Source of the DNA: Vicugna vicugna
Lineage: Eukaryota
Assembly (NCBI GenBank): GCA_013265495.1
Contig: MU058337.1
Location: forward strand, 6,430,716 to 6,494,715
Direction of reading: 5' to 3'
Length of the DNA: 64,000 nucleotides
Of the stretch, positions 1 through 12,500 are shown piece by piece (within the stretch, counting starts at the first letter, position 1; each line of letters opens with the position of its first letter). The notes below the pieces were generated by a model. That model did no database searches. It was given only the letters and a program-made list of their open reading frames with translations, and was not told where the DNA came from. The position numbers and the translations under genes were made by a program.

Positions 1-427
1 CAACATAGGGGTGAGTGGGTACCTGGGAACTAAAAATAAGTGAAAATCTTAGAAGGAATATGAAATACATAAGTTTGAAGTTATTAAAGTGATATAGTAA
101 GAAATAGTAACTATTGAAAGAACAGAATAGTATTAAAAATAAAAATTAATTTGAAAGAATCAATAGCATTTTTAAAAGAAAAAAATAGTCATGAAATTAA
201 TAAGTAAAACAGTAGATTAGACATTTCTGATAAAAGAATCAGGGAACTATAAGATGGATAAAAGGAAACCACACAGAACATGGCACAGAGAGGTAAGTGA
301 TGGAAATCAAGAAGACAGGAAACAAGATGAGCAGGAGGAGACAATACAATAAATGGGTCTTAAGAGAGAATGGAAAGAATGAGGATTCACAACTGAGTAG
401 TTTTCAGAACTGAAAGAAATATTTAAT

Positions 428-1062
428 AATCCAGCAATCCCACTCTTGGGCATACATCTGAAGAAAACTCTAATTTGAAAAGATATATGCTCCCCAATGT
501 TCACAGCAGCACTATTTACAATAGCTAAGACATGGACACAATCTAAGTGTCCATCAACAGATGACTGGATAAAGACATTGTGGTATATACAATAGAATAC
601 TACTCAGCCATAAAAAAGAATGAAATAATGACATTTGCAGCAACATGGTTGCACTCAGAGATTATCATACTAAGTGAAGTAAGTCAGACAAAGACAAATA
701 TCATATGATATCACTCTTATGTGGAATCTTAAAAAAATGACACAAATGAACTTACAAAACGGAGACTCACAGATGTAAAAAACAAATTTACGGTTATCAA
801 AGGGGGAAGTGCCAGGGAGGGATAAACTAGGAGTTTGGGATTAGCAGATACAAACTAATATACAAAACAGACAAACAACAAGGTCCTACTGTATAGCACA
901 GGGAACTATATTCAATAGCTTATAGTAACCTACAATGAAAAAATTTTAATATATTTATATTACATGAATGAATATAAATATATAAGTATAACCAAATCAC
1001 TATGCTATACACCAAAAACTAACACATTATAAATCAACTACATGGCAATAAAAATAAAACAA
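428..1062 (+). mobile_element. 5'-truncated younger LINE-1 3' end (cetartiodactyl-type 3'UTR)
   Basis: ORF2 tail (ccagcaatcccactcttggg...aatgttcacagcagcactatttacaatagc), then 3'UTR (aacaacaaggtcctactgtatagcacagggaactatattcaat) ending in aataaa and an A-rich tail. Confidence 0.9.
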
Positions 1063-1382
1063 AATGAATATTAAAAACAACTTAAGTTCTCAGATGGAAG
1101 CACAGTCATGAGCTAGGTAAATAAATAGAAAAGACTGATTAGTCGTAAAGAAAGAACAATTCTGCTGCACACTATAATGTTCCTAGGCAGCAAAATAAAC
1201 CCAAAAAGAATGGAGCAATATTTTCCAAGTATTGGAAGAAAATAACTTTTAGTCTCGAATTCAACTAAGTTATCATTCAAGATGGGGCAAAATAAATATG
1301 TTTTCCAAACAAAAGCTAAAGGAAGTTACTACTCTCATGATCAAAGGTATATTTCATAATAAAAGAAACGAAATCCATGGTC

Positions 1383-1506
1383 GGGGAGGGTATAGTTTAA
1401 GTGGTGGAGCACACGCTTAGCATTTACAAGGTCCTGGGTTCAATCCCCTGTACCTCCTCTAAAAATAAATAAGTAAACCTAACTACCGCCTCCCCCCACA
1501 AAAAGG
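1383..1506 (+). mobile_element. tRNA-Ala-derived SINE (camelid Vic-1-like)
   Basis: Head ggggagggtatag...gcttagcat...gggttcaatcccc with A/B boxes; A-rich plus C-rich tail. Imperfect TSD aagaaacgaaatcca (1363-1377) / aagaaactcaatcca (1507-1521). Confidence 0.9.
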
Positions 1507-2137
1507 AAGAAACTCAATCCAAAAGAAGGAGTAGGATCCAAGAAACAATGATGAACAAAGGGGTTTTAACAGGTAAGGAAATCTAAAGGATCATTTTATC
1601 ATAAAATGAATAGCAACAGCAATAATAATGTTTCATTTAAAACAAAGTACTAAAAAAGTCAGCAACAAAAAAAAAGTACGACACTCTGATAACATACCAG
1701 ACAAAGAATATGAAAGACTGGGAGTGGATATCAGGGTTAAAGTATTCCAGAACATTTTGTTCAGAAGGAGAATAGAGCTATTCTATTATCAGTTAACTTT
1801 AGAATTTGTTAAATCAAATATGCATATTAAAATTATAAAAGTAATCACCAAAAGAAAAAAATGTATAACTTCCAAATCAATGTAAGGAAATAAAGCAGAA
1901 GAAATAAATAAAGCTAAGTAAATCCAATAAAAAGCGGAAAAAGAGGAAACAAACAGCATGCATGGTACATAAAAACAGTAAAATAAGGTGGTAAAAATAA
2001 ATTTAATTACTTTAGTAATCCCAACAAATGTAAACAGATTAAATATCTCTGTTAGAAGACAGAGAACAAAAACAAAAACAAAAATGATTCTATTAAGTCC
2101 TGTTTATAAGAGATACCCCTAAAATATAAGGGTACAA

Positions 2138-2930
2138 CTTCACTGATTATTAAGGAAATGCAAATCAAAACCACAATGGGATAAGACCTCACACCCTTTA
2201 GGGTGGCTCCTATCAGAAAAACAGAAAATAACAAATGTTGGTGAGGATGTGGAGAAATTGGAACTCTGGTGCTCTGCTGGTAAAAATGTAAACTGGGATA
2301 AGCACTACAGAAAAAAGTATGGTGGTTCCTCAAGAAATTAAAAATAGAAATACCATATGATGCAGAAATTCCACCTCTGGGTATATACCGTTAAGTCCTC
2401 AATGCAGGGTATTGAAGAGGTATTTATACACCCATACTTATAGCAGCATTACTCACAATAGCTAAAATGTGGAAGCAACCCATGTGTACCTCATAGATGA
2501 ATGGATAAGCAAAATGTGGTTATTCATACAGTGGAATGCTATTCAGATTTTAAAAGGATGGAAATTCTTACCTATGCTGCAACATGGATGAAACTTGAGG
2601 ACATTATGCTAAGGGAAATAACTCAGTCACAAAAAGACAAAAACTCGATGATTCCACTTATTTAGCATACTCAGCTAGAGTAGTCAAAATAAGAGAGACA
2701 AAAAGTGTAATAGTGGTGGCCAGGGGCTAGGAAAGGGGGAATGTGGAGTTATTGTTTAACGAGTACAGAGTTTCAGTTTTACAAGATGAAAAGAGCTATG
2801 GAGATGGATAGTGGTGATGGTTATAATGCACAAAATTATGAGTGTATTTAATACCACTAAATTGCACACTTAAAGATGGTTAAAATGGTAAATTTTACGT
2901 TATGGATACTCTACCATAATAAAACAAAAT
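2138..2930 (+). mobile_element. LINE-1 3' fragment (L1MA/L1MB-type)
   Basis: Decayed ORF2 C-terminus (KEMQIKTTM...NNKCW*GCGEIGTL) followed by a typical L1M 3'UTR ending in aataaaa. Confidence 0.9.
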
Positions 2931-3189
2931 TGGGGGAAAAGGGTCAATAATCACTATAATTTTTTAAAAAACTAAAGTTCATAAAGTTGGCTGGAAATTA
3001 GATCAAAATACTCAAATCAAAAGCAGAAACACGACAGATGAATGTGTTTATCTCCACTTCCTTTCAAAAACCCACATGAAAACGGGGAGGAGTATGAATC
3101 CACAGAAACAGATGTAATGGAAGAAGAAACCCCTTTTAAGAGATGTCAACAAATTTGGAAAATGGAAATTCAATCAACAGGTGGAAAAG

Positions 3190-3840
3190 CTAACTGCTAA
3201 CTAACTGCCTGCAGCACTGAGGCCAAAGGAGTGTGGCAGGCCAGAAAGAATCAAGCTTCTTTCCACAACAGAACTCTGCAAGAGCTTAGGAACTAAGGTT
3301 CCTGGTACTTCTGAAGGCAGGGTTGTGGGTCTGAACAAAAGAAATCTTTGAAAAATCTGTATGAAGAGCAATATGACCTTCACCCTACTAACCTGCTCAT
3401 TCCAACAGCCAAAGGAAGTAACTCTCTGGAGAAAATGAACCAGAACAGCCTCCCGCTTGTGGACGCAAAACAGCAACGGGGAGGACTTAATCAAGGAGTT
3501 GAAAACTGAAAGTGAAAATCAGCACACGTACTGGTGAGGATCCCCCAGGCCTTGTCCCCTTGGCTTCCAGAATCCTGTCAGCCAGGTTTTACCCCAGGAA
3601 GCCAGAGGTTTGAGGATTCCTCTGTGAGAAACAGAGAGCCTACAGACACTGACATTTGGCAATCCCCTGGTGAAGGTGTCAGGCCCCTATCTGATAACCC
3701 TGTAGTGAGGTCTATCAGTTAGCACACACAAAGAACTCTCCAGCAATTTTTAAGTTCTTCATTCTTAAATATGGTCTGATAACCACAGGTCACCAAACAT
3801 TTGATAAAAGCCACTAACATGAAAGATAAAGACAAACAAG
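3190..3840 (+). mobile_element. Ancient L1M/HAL1-like 5' region fragment
   Basis: ggtcaccaaacatttgataaaagccactaacatgaaagataaagac resembles old L1/HAL1 5' regions; highly decayed. Confidence 0.4.
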
Positions 3841-3895
3841 CAGGCAGACCACTCAAGGGAAACGGAAATTCTGAATCTTGTATTATTTCATAAAA

Positions 3896-4056
3896 TTTTT
3901 AAAATTCTTTTTAAATTTTATTTTATTTATTTATTTTTAAGGAGAGGTAGTTAGGGTTACTTATTTATCTATTTTTAGAGGAGGTACTAGGGATTGAACC
4001 CAGGACCTTGTGTAGGCTAAGCATGTACTCTACTACTTGAGCTATATCCTCCTCCC
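3896..4056 (-). mobile_element. tRNA-Ala-derived SINE (Vic-1-like)
   Basis: Reverse-complement head (gggattgaacccaggacc...gctaagcat...ttgagctata) with T-rich tail. Perfect 12-bp TSD tatttcataaaa at 3884-3895 and 4057-4068. Confidence 0.93.
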
Positions 4057-4636
4057 TATTTCATAAAAATTCAAATTCACATTAAGAAATACCAAGAAGC
4101 ATTCCTATACACCAGCAACAATCGAGTATAGATTTTGTTTAAAAAGATATGTCTTTTAAAAAAAAGAAAGACACAAGCCCTGCCTTCCAAATTTTAGATG
4201 GATTGACAGACATGCAAAGAGATAAATCACAACACAACATGGTAAGTACTAAAAATGAGCCATTATTTAGACCCAAAATCAGGAAAATGTTTTCAAGAAA
4301 CCTAATGAAGTCAGTTCTGTATATACAAAATTTGAGCAGCCATGCAAACATCCAGGTTGAAAGAAGATTCTGAGACCATCATAAATGGAAAGGATGTCAT
4401 CATTGAGGGGAATGACTTAGAGACGAAAAGACACCCTGGACAGGATCGTGACTTTAGGGTTCAAAGAAGGATGAAAAAATCTTTTGGGAAACTAAGACAG
4501 ACTGTGGAGGCAGATGAAAATCCAGGGAGACGAAGAGACATGATGCAGGGGAGAGAGCTCTGAGAAGTAAAGCATGACCTACAGCACTGAGAGCTGGAGA
4601 GAGTCAGCTAGTGTGAGGATTAAAAACAAGGCCTTT

Positions 4637-4768
4637 GGAGGGAGCATACAGCTCAGTGGTGGAGCATGTGCTTAGCATGCATGAGGTCCCGAGTTCAGTC
4701 CCCAGTACATCCATTAAAATAAACAAACAAACCAACCAACCAACCTACCCCCCTCAAAAAAAAAAAAT
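4637..4768 (+). mobile_element. tRNA-Ala-derived SINE (Vic-1-like)
   Basis: agctcagtggtggagcatgtgcttagcatgcatgaggtcccgagttcagtccccag closely follows tRNA-Ala(AGC); followed by AAAC/AACC tail, C-run and poly(A). Confidence 0.92.
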
Positions 4769-4987
4769 GGGGCCTTGGAATTGGCAATTATGAAGGCATC
4801 TGAGACTTTAGGGGACCGTTTCAGAGCTAGAGGGATGAATATGTTCCTAACAAGCTGAGAATTCAATGTAACTTAGTGGGAAGTAAGGAGGGTGGATGTA
4901 GACCACTCCAAGAAGGTAGCATCAAGAGAAGTCGGAAGACACATCAGTGGCTTGAAGATGTGGACACGAAGGAAAGTTTATGTTTTA

Positions 4988-5321
4988 CAGTTGGCTCTCC
5001 CATCCGTGGGTTCCACATCCAAGGATTAACCAACTTCAGCTAAGAAATATTTGGAAAAAAAATTCCAGAAAGTTCCAAAATCAAAACCTGAATTTGTAAC
5101 GAGCCAGCGAGTATTTAAATAGAATTTACATTGTATTTACAGCTATTTACATAGCATTTGGATTGTAGTAGGTATTATAAGTAAGCTAGAGATGATCTAA
5201 AATATAAGGGAGGGAGGATGTGCCTAGGTTTTATTTATATATTTACATATATATACATATGCCATTTTATATAAGGGACTTGGGCGTCCTTGGATTTTTG
5301 TATCCTTGGGGGTTCTGGAAT
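4988..5321 (-). mobile_element. MER2/MER2B non-autonomous TcMar-Tigger DNA transposon
   Basis: TA then cagttggctctcc...gtgggttccacatcc terminus; internal ttccagaaagttccaaaa and gccattttatataagggacttg match the reverse complement of MER2B. Other terminus missing. Confidence 0.85.
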
Positions 5322-6739
5322 CAAAAATGAGTGTACTTCCTTTTGGATAGATGTGTGTAAAATATCTTTGCAGGCTGTGGGGAAGAACTGTGCAAAGGGG
5401 CAAGGAGGAAAAGCCCAGGAGAGAGAGGGCTGAATTTGCCCACAAGAGTCTCCAAGGAGAAGAGGAGGGGTCAACACTGGAGAGGAAGAATGACTCCTTT
5501 TCATTTGAGAAAGTAAGAGAGGCAGGAAGAAGGTTCCTTTCCAAGTGGAGGGGTATGAGGCTGAGAGGGGTGTGATCCTGTGTCGAAGCCTGCACTTTTG
5601 GAGACCAATGATTACTCTTCTTTTAAAAAAGGATACTTGAATGACAGGGAAATTAAGAGACAAACCATGGAGAAATCTGACGATCAAAGAGTTGGATTTT
5701 ATATATTCCATGGTAGCAAGAAAACTGGTTGGGAGCTATGGTGACAGTACAGATGAGAAGAGGCAGATCAAAGGGTGATGGTGGCAGCAGGGAGACAAGG
5801 GCCGGAGGTGCCGAGTTCAGAGGTCACTGTAAAGCACGGGAAAGGACAGCGTAGGAAAAGGGCAAAGGAAGGGACTAGGAAAACTGGAGGAGCTTAGAAA
5901 GGCAACATCCCAGGAAAAATACCCCCTCCTTTACCTTCTCCCCTGCCTGGATAAAAATTCATAAATTCGCTCATGTCCTGTGTTGACTTCATAAGTCTCA
6001 ATGACAAAGACCACTGACAAAAATGCTGTGCAGTGTAAATAATAACAGCTTTATTACTCCCCTAGCTCCACTGGGGCAGAGAAAAGTAGCAGACGGTCCC
6101 GGGGAAGAACAAATGTTAGTGCTGCCCAGTCCAGAATGCAACCCTGCCACATCGCTCTGGGCCTCGGGAGGGGAAGGAGAAACACTGTCCAATCTCAAGT
6201 TGCTTTAAAAACAAACAAAGAAAAACCCAAGCCACCAACTTAAAGATAGGTAAGAGTGAAGTCAGCTACTGAAATGCAGTAAGAGGGCTCTCTCCTCGAC
6301 TAGACCTTTCATCTTGCTTCGTTTCATACAGCTGCTCAACTGCATTTCCTTTTTATTGAAAGAATACACACGTAAAAGCCTACAAATAAACTCCCACCTG
6401 TCGTCAAGAGTCTGGGATTGGGTCAATCTCTAGGAGTTAATTTATAAAGGGTTGCAATCTTTCAAGGAAAGAAACATCAAGCTGAGAAGGTGAGAAGAAA
6501 TGTAGTAGGAGAGAAAAGAATCTTTTCAACTATAGCTTTTAAGGAAGAGACAGGAATGAAGGGCATGGAAGTTTTCTTGAACACCTACTCTTGCTAGGAA
6601 TTTTTCTGCATGCTATTACATGAGAAAGAAAGAAAAGGAAAAAATGCCAGCTGAAAAGGAGCAAATGTATTTCCCATTGGCCAGGAAATAGACAGAGGCT
6701 GGTTCTCAGATCAATGAGAAACAGGGTGGGCTGAGGATG

Positions 6740-6968
6740 GGGGCTGCCAAAACAAAGTATACAAACCAAGTGCCTTGAACAATGGAAATTATTATCTGGA
6801 GGCTAGAAGTCTCACATCAAGGCAGGGTTGTTTCCTTCTGAGGATGACATCATCTTAATTAATTACATCTGCAACAACCATACTTCGAAATAAGGTCACA
6901 TTCTGAGTATGGAGGGTTAGGACCTCAACACACACATTTTGGGAAGGTGTATAATTCAACTCATAACA
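6740..6968 (-). mobile_element. MaLR LTR (MLT1A/B-like), internally deleted
   Basis: ctggaggctagaagtc...aattacatctgcaa...aaataaggtcacattctgag...aattcaactcataaca. Confidence 0.8.
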
Positions 6969-6970
6969 AA

Positions 6971-7145
6971 AGCTAGTATTCAGTGGGTTTTCACTGGGTG
7001 CCAGGCACTGCGCGATGCATGTTTCATGTAATTCTCTGAAATTATTATTCCCATTTTATAAATAAGGAAGATCAAGCACAGAGAAATTAAGTAATTTGCC
7101 CAAGATCAAACAGCTGGTAATTAACAAAGTTAAGATTTCAGACCA
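6971..7145 (-). mobile_element. MIR SINE
   Basis: Core cccattttataaataaggaa...cacagagaaattaagtaatttgcccaagatcaaacagct. Confidence 0.85.
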
Positions 7146-8545
7146 TGATCCAAGTGGGTCCAACATGCTAGGCACTATCCTTTACTCTGTGTTTAACAAG
7201 ACAGTGCTCCCCACCTCAGAAAGGTTTGTGATAGGGTCAATAAATGCCCAAGTGAATGAATGAATAAAGTACATGAATGGGGAATGAACAAATGGGTGGG
7301 TGGCTGAGAACTCTGACACAGTAAAGTAGGGCTGTTGCCCAAAGCGCCCAGCAGGCTTCCAATAGTAGCCTTAGTCCAGGGTGGATGCTAAGGCACCCCG
7401 CCAAGAGCATAGAGGCTGTGGAGTCCCACAGAATGTGCTTGGTGGTGGGAGACACATGTGTTAATGATTTGTGTGTACCCAGCTCTAGTGAAACAATTCT
7501 GAAATGATTTTTGAACGTAAGGGAAATGGTGAGATTTGAGGAGCTAGTCTGGGAAAAACACAATGTGGGCAAGGACACAAATAACCAGGCTTTATCAATT
7601 GCCTAATACAAAGTCAACTGTCATCTTAGCAGCAACACGATTAACTGCCATTACAGAGAGAACTTTTAGTAATTAGTGTCTCAAACTTTTAAGTGTGTCT
7701 TATTATAGATCATATCACTATAAATGATCACTCAAAATCATTAATCCAAAAATCAAGGCCAAACCTCTCTCCAGAAAATTCACCTCATTCTTGCATTCAA
7801 GTACTCAAGTTCAACTATATGTGCTTGGAAGAAAAAAAAGTTGAAAGACAAATACTTTAAATAGTATATGCCTGGCTCCGCCAGCCACTTAACTCAGTAA
7901 AAACAAAGATGTAAATCAGCCTATGAAAGTCTCCCATATCCTGAGCCTCCTGTCCTGTCTTGGGGGCTAAGCATGATGCCTGTGTTTAAAATCAAATTTC
8001 AAAATATGCATTTTTCCAAGAACCTGCTTCTAAATGTAGCCACTTTCCCCTTCTGGCACATAGCTGAAGGAGTGGAGATCTGCTCCGGTGCTGGAGGGAA
8101 AGTAAATCTGTGATCAATTTAATGACACGTTAGTCTAATGTAACATCACAAGAGATTTGAACTTGGCTGTATGTGACTATCCCTTTACCAACTGTCTTTA
8201 TGCCGAATGCCCCCAGAAAGGTGCAATTACTCCATATCACCTTCCATACTATGATACTCTATTGATAAATTTTTGTCTCAGAAATACAGGGCACAGATAA
8301 TCCCAAATTACTAAAAACCCAAAAGCCATCTCTGCCGTAGTGCAGCCCCCACGCCTCACCCACAACAGCCTCATAATATATGGAGCCATTCAACAAGGGA
8401 TTTCTCAGGATGCGGACCTGGAGGGTGGTAGACTGAGTTTACACAGTTTTGAAATGGTTTTTATATTTTTCTCTTCTGGGTTTATTTGGCTCAGGGACAC
8501 ACTGTTTCTTTTCCAGTAGCTTTGCCTTCATTGTGTTTTTGTTCT

Positions 8546-9106
8546 TTTAACTGTGGTAAAATATACATAATATACGATTTACCATTTAACCATTTCTAAT
8601 TGCACAGTTAGGGTTAGGTGTGACATCAAGCACATTCTCATTGTCGTGCAACCATCACCGGCATTCATCTTCATAATTGTTATCATCATCCCAAACTGAA
8701 ACTCTGTACCTGTTAAACACCAGCTCCTCATTCTGTATTTCCTCCAGCTCCTGGTAACCATTATTCTCTGTTCTGTCTCTGAGTTTCATTACTTTTGGTA
8801 CCTCATGTAAGTGGAATTATACAGTATTTATCCTTTATCAAATCTGGCTTATTTCACTCTGCATAATGTTTTCAAGGTTCATCCATGTTGTAGCATGTGT
8901 GAGAATTTCTCTCCTTTTTAAGGCTAAATGATATTCCATTCTATGGATATACCACATTTTGTCTACCCATTTATCCATCAATGGACACTTGGGTTGCCTC
9001 TACTGTTTGACTACTGTGAAAAATGCTGCTCTGAACCTGGGTGTGCAAATATCTGTTCGAGTCCCTGCTTCCAATTCTTTTGGGTATATGCCCAGAAAAG
9101 GAATTG
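8546..9106 (-). mobile_element. LINE-1 3' fragment (L1MB-type)
   Basis: Antisense L1 text: ctggcttatttcactctgcataatgttttcaaggttcatccatgttgtagcatg...ccatcaatggacacttgggttg. Confidence 0.92.
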
Positions 9107-9324
9107 AGATGGAGCCAGTGGGCATCTTCTAGGGAGCATCTTAATCTTTTCCCTCTCACCTCTTCTTTAAGGTAGGAAACCTCAAGGCTCTCAGAATACT
9201 GTTTTATTCTGAACTCACAGGGAACTCTGCATGAGGCTTTGTTTTTCAATGGTGAGCCAATTTTTTAAAAGCCCCAAATAAGTAAATTAAGCTAAAAAGC
9301 AAATTGAAAAGACACATATGATGA

Positions 9325-9555
9325 AAACAGTGCCTAACACATAGTAGATAATAAGTAGCTGCTGAATGAATGTGAAGGTGGCTCTAACATCTAACATACT
9401 TGGTTTCAAATGTTGGCTGCCACTTACCAGGGGAGTGACTGTTCACTGATAAAATGGAGGAGAAACACACAGAGCTGCTGTTCTGTTTTTGGAATTAAAT
9501 GAGACAATATATGTGAAGTGGTTAGAGTTCCTGATATGCATTAAGTGTTCCATTA
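9325..9555 (+). mobile_element. L2 3' tail followed by a degenerate MIR
   Basis: acagtgcctaacacatagtag...tgaatgaatg, then ttggtttcaaat...gccacttaccag...aaatgagacaatatatgtgaag. Confidence 0.6.
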
Positions 9556-12500
9556 AAAGGCTGCCATCACTATTGCTGCCACAAGCTATCTATGACCTCC
9601 TATCTACTTTTGGTCACAGAGATCATCTGGAGATTTGGTCCCCCCCAAGGGCACTCAAGGTTGTCACTGAAACACCTCTAATCTTGCACCATGCTGGAGT
9701 GAAGTGACAATCAACAGGGGCTTGTGGCTGTCCTGCATCATCCTCTGCAGCATCACTGAAGTAATGTCAACTTCCTCTGTACGTAGACGGGAAAATTCAC
9801 ACCCTGAAACTGACATCGACAAAGAACTCTTTGACAATCAGGGAGGGAAAAAATCCAACTTCCCCTTAATGAACAGTAAATCACTTGTTTTAAAGTTCTG
9901 TCGTGCTGTGCTCAGAGACAAGAAAACAGACTGACAAGGTCCCATAACTACTTTAACACTGAAAGGAAAAGGATTAAAATATTGATTCTTGAGGCATTCT
10001 GTTCTTCACTGTGGCAAACATACATTTAGATTGACTGAAGCCTTGGTCTAAAGGCCATCCATAAAATGCAAAGAGCCATGACCAGCCATGTCTTCAAGCA
10101 TCACAGTGTGAAAAGAAATGCAGTTTCCTGCACCCTCAGCTGCTGTGTAAAAGTTGTCTGTTGTGATACTTCGCAGCACAAGGGCTGTCACAGCACTGAA
10201 CTACGAAGGAGTCACAATCCCAGGCTTTACAACACCAGTACGACCGCAGGACTGGCCTCACTCTCCTACACTGTGGGTCCCCTGCCCAACAAGGGGTGTT
10301 TACAAGTAGCCATTTAGCACCTTCTTCGCAGTATTTTTACACTGTGTTCTTGCCTTTCCTGTGGAGAAGAGAAGCAAGGAGAATACTGAAAACATTTTCT
10401 CTTCTTTGCCAAAATTTAAAATAGGAAAATGTAATCACGTTAGTTCTTTTTTTAATGGCAGTGTTTAAAATCTCTTCTGTGTCAACGATGAAGAAAAAAC
10501 ATCTTACTCCTTAAAACGACTCCTTCATAGAACATCAGGGTTAGTTTGTGAGTGGCACGTTTTAAAAACATTTAATCAGTGATCTGAATATATGTCAACA
10601 CCTTCTGGCGGTGTGCTATAAAATGTGAACCTTGTCAACAGCAACAGAAAAAGGTGACACACTTGGGACACAGCGCTTTTATGCTGACACACAGTAATAA
10701 TATAATTTTAAAATTTATCATCTGTTTAGCTGCAAGCAACAACAATTAATCTTTTTGACAATTCATACAATGCTTTAAATAACACCTGGGAAGAAAAACA
10801 ACACATTCTAATTTTTACTTTTGCTGTCTCCCAAGGCTTTATAACTACAAATGTGTATATAACCACACACAATAAATTTTCTGATTAGGATTAAAACGTT
10901 GGCAAAAAAATATTTCCCTCGTCACCTCATGCCCCTCCTTGCCTCAGTTAATAAAATTACTTAACACGAGAACTGTAAGTGAGAGCAAGTCCCAGAGGAA
11001 GTGTGGGCCTCTGAGGGTTCATTTCTGTCACATCAAATGACATTTTATTCCCAAATCATTTAACTTACGACTTTGCATGACTACTTATAGCTTGAACGGA
11101 GTTCTGGTGAGGGCCCAGAGATGGCACTAATCCCGCCACTGGAAACTCCATCAGGGCATGACAACCCCAAACCCATCTGATGCTAACGCTTTAAAAAATA
11201 CAGTTAGTCAAGTTGTCTTCAAAATGTTCAGAAGCATGGGAATATACATGAGTTATATGGATTGGTGTTTTGTGTGTCCTGTGAGGCTGCATGGGATTTA
11301 CCCGACTATATCAATATCCTCAGTTTTACATTAAACCAAAGCATTTTACCAAATAAACCTGCTGACCCAGTGCTCTGCTGACCCTGAGATTAAAAGCCTA
11401 TTGGGTAAAGCAAAGGCAACAAACGAGGGCCCAGGTGGGAGTAAGTCACAAGCTTGTGACCTCTGCAGCAGAAATGAAATGGTAAGGTTGTTGCAAACCA
11501 CCCCACTGTCCACACACCCTTTTACAACCAGCCTTGGAGACTCTGTACCCGTTTGACAGACCACCTCAGGGTTTCTCCAAGGCCCCATCCAAATCCCAAG
11601 TGTTTTCTATTGTCACAAACTCTAAACTGCAACTAAGACTCAAAAATAAGAAAGTACCTCAAAGAGTTTGGCCGAATGGATTCAGGCACTAGAGCACAAG
11701 GGCCCGTGCTCTGGGGAAGCACTGGCTCAGAGACATGTGGAGAAGCAGGAACTCTGCTGCGAAGCAGAGAGGAGATGGGGCCGGAGAGAGACCGAGGTCA
11801 CGAGACACTGGCCATGGGTGAGCACGTTGTGAAAAAAATAGGGTTGAGTATGTGTAGCTCTTTGTCTACAGGTATTTCTTTCCTTTCTGATCTTTCTTTT
11901 CTGTCTCCCCCCAACCCTTGTTTCCCAAATCTGGGTATTCTAGAAAGTGAGTAAATTGATTTTTCACTATGTGCCATGTGTTTTATACATAGATTAGAAC
12001 CTGAGTAGTGGATTTTAATTCCAATAATGTTTCCTAATGAATGACCAATGTTACATGGTTTTGGTGTCAAACTTCTATATGCTCCATAACTCTGTCTACA
12101 TATTTATTAGAAAAAATTACACATTTTTTATTTCAAATTCTTTTCTGGAAAAAGATTTCCAGAGGGGAGCTTCCCATTCCACACAGAAGGTCAGACTTTC
12201 TTTAATGGCTACATTGACTTGGGGACCATTACTCTACATTTATATTTTGAGTCTCTAAGCCAAAACTTTATAAAGGTTTCCTTCATCCTTTGTTAACTAC
12301 TGATGAACTGATCCCCCATGTGACATGTCCCCAGTGACGTGTCCCTCTGTGTCTAAGCTCTAACAAGTTGCCTGTGTAGTATTTGAAACTGCAGCAGGAT
12401 CTTTTAAATATGAACATGTTATTTTGAAAGGTAGAATTCTGGAATGAAGTCTAGATCTGTGTGGGGACAGTGGCATACCCAAGCCACTCTGTTCTCACTG

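Larger units (their letters stand above)
1..2135 (+). mobile_element. Old degenerate LINE-1 (ORF1 region to start of ORF2), interrupted by a younger L1 and a SINE
   Basis: A-rich. 1205-1335 resembles the decayed ORF1 C-terminus (W..IF.VL.E..., KLSF...). About 2005-2135 resembles the ORF2 endonuclease start (NVN.LN; CL.ET.LKYK). No open frame. Confidence 0.7.
4540..5560 (-). mobile_element. L2 fragment(s), interrupted by a SINE and MER2B
   Basis: Purine-rich antisense L2-like text (ttggaattggcaattatgaaggcatctgagacttta...gtagaccactccaagaag). Confidence 0.55.

Noticed and set aside
2052..2333. 93-aa minus-strand ORF and similar ORFs at 307, 8971, 14391 and 14678
   Set aside because: Antisense translations of L1 fragments.
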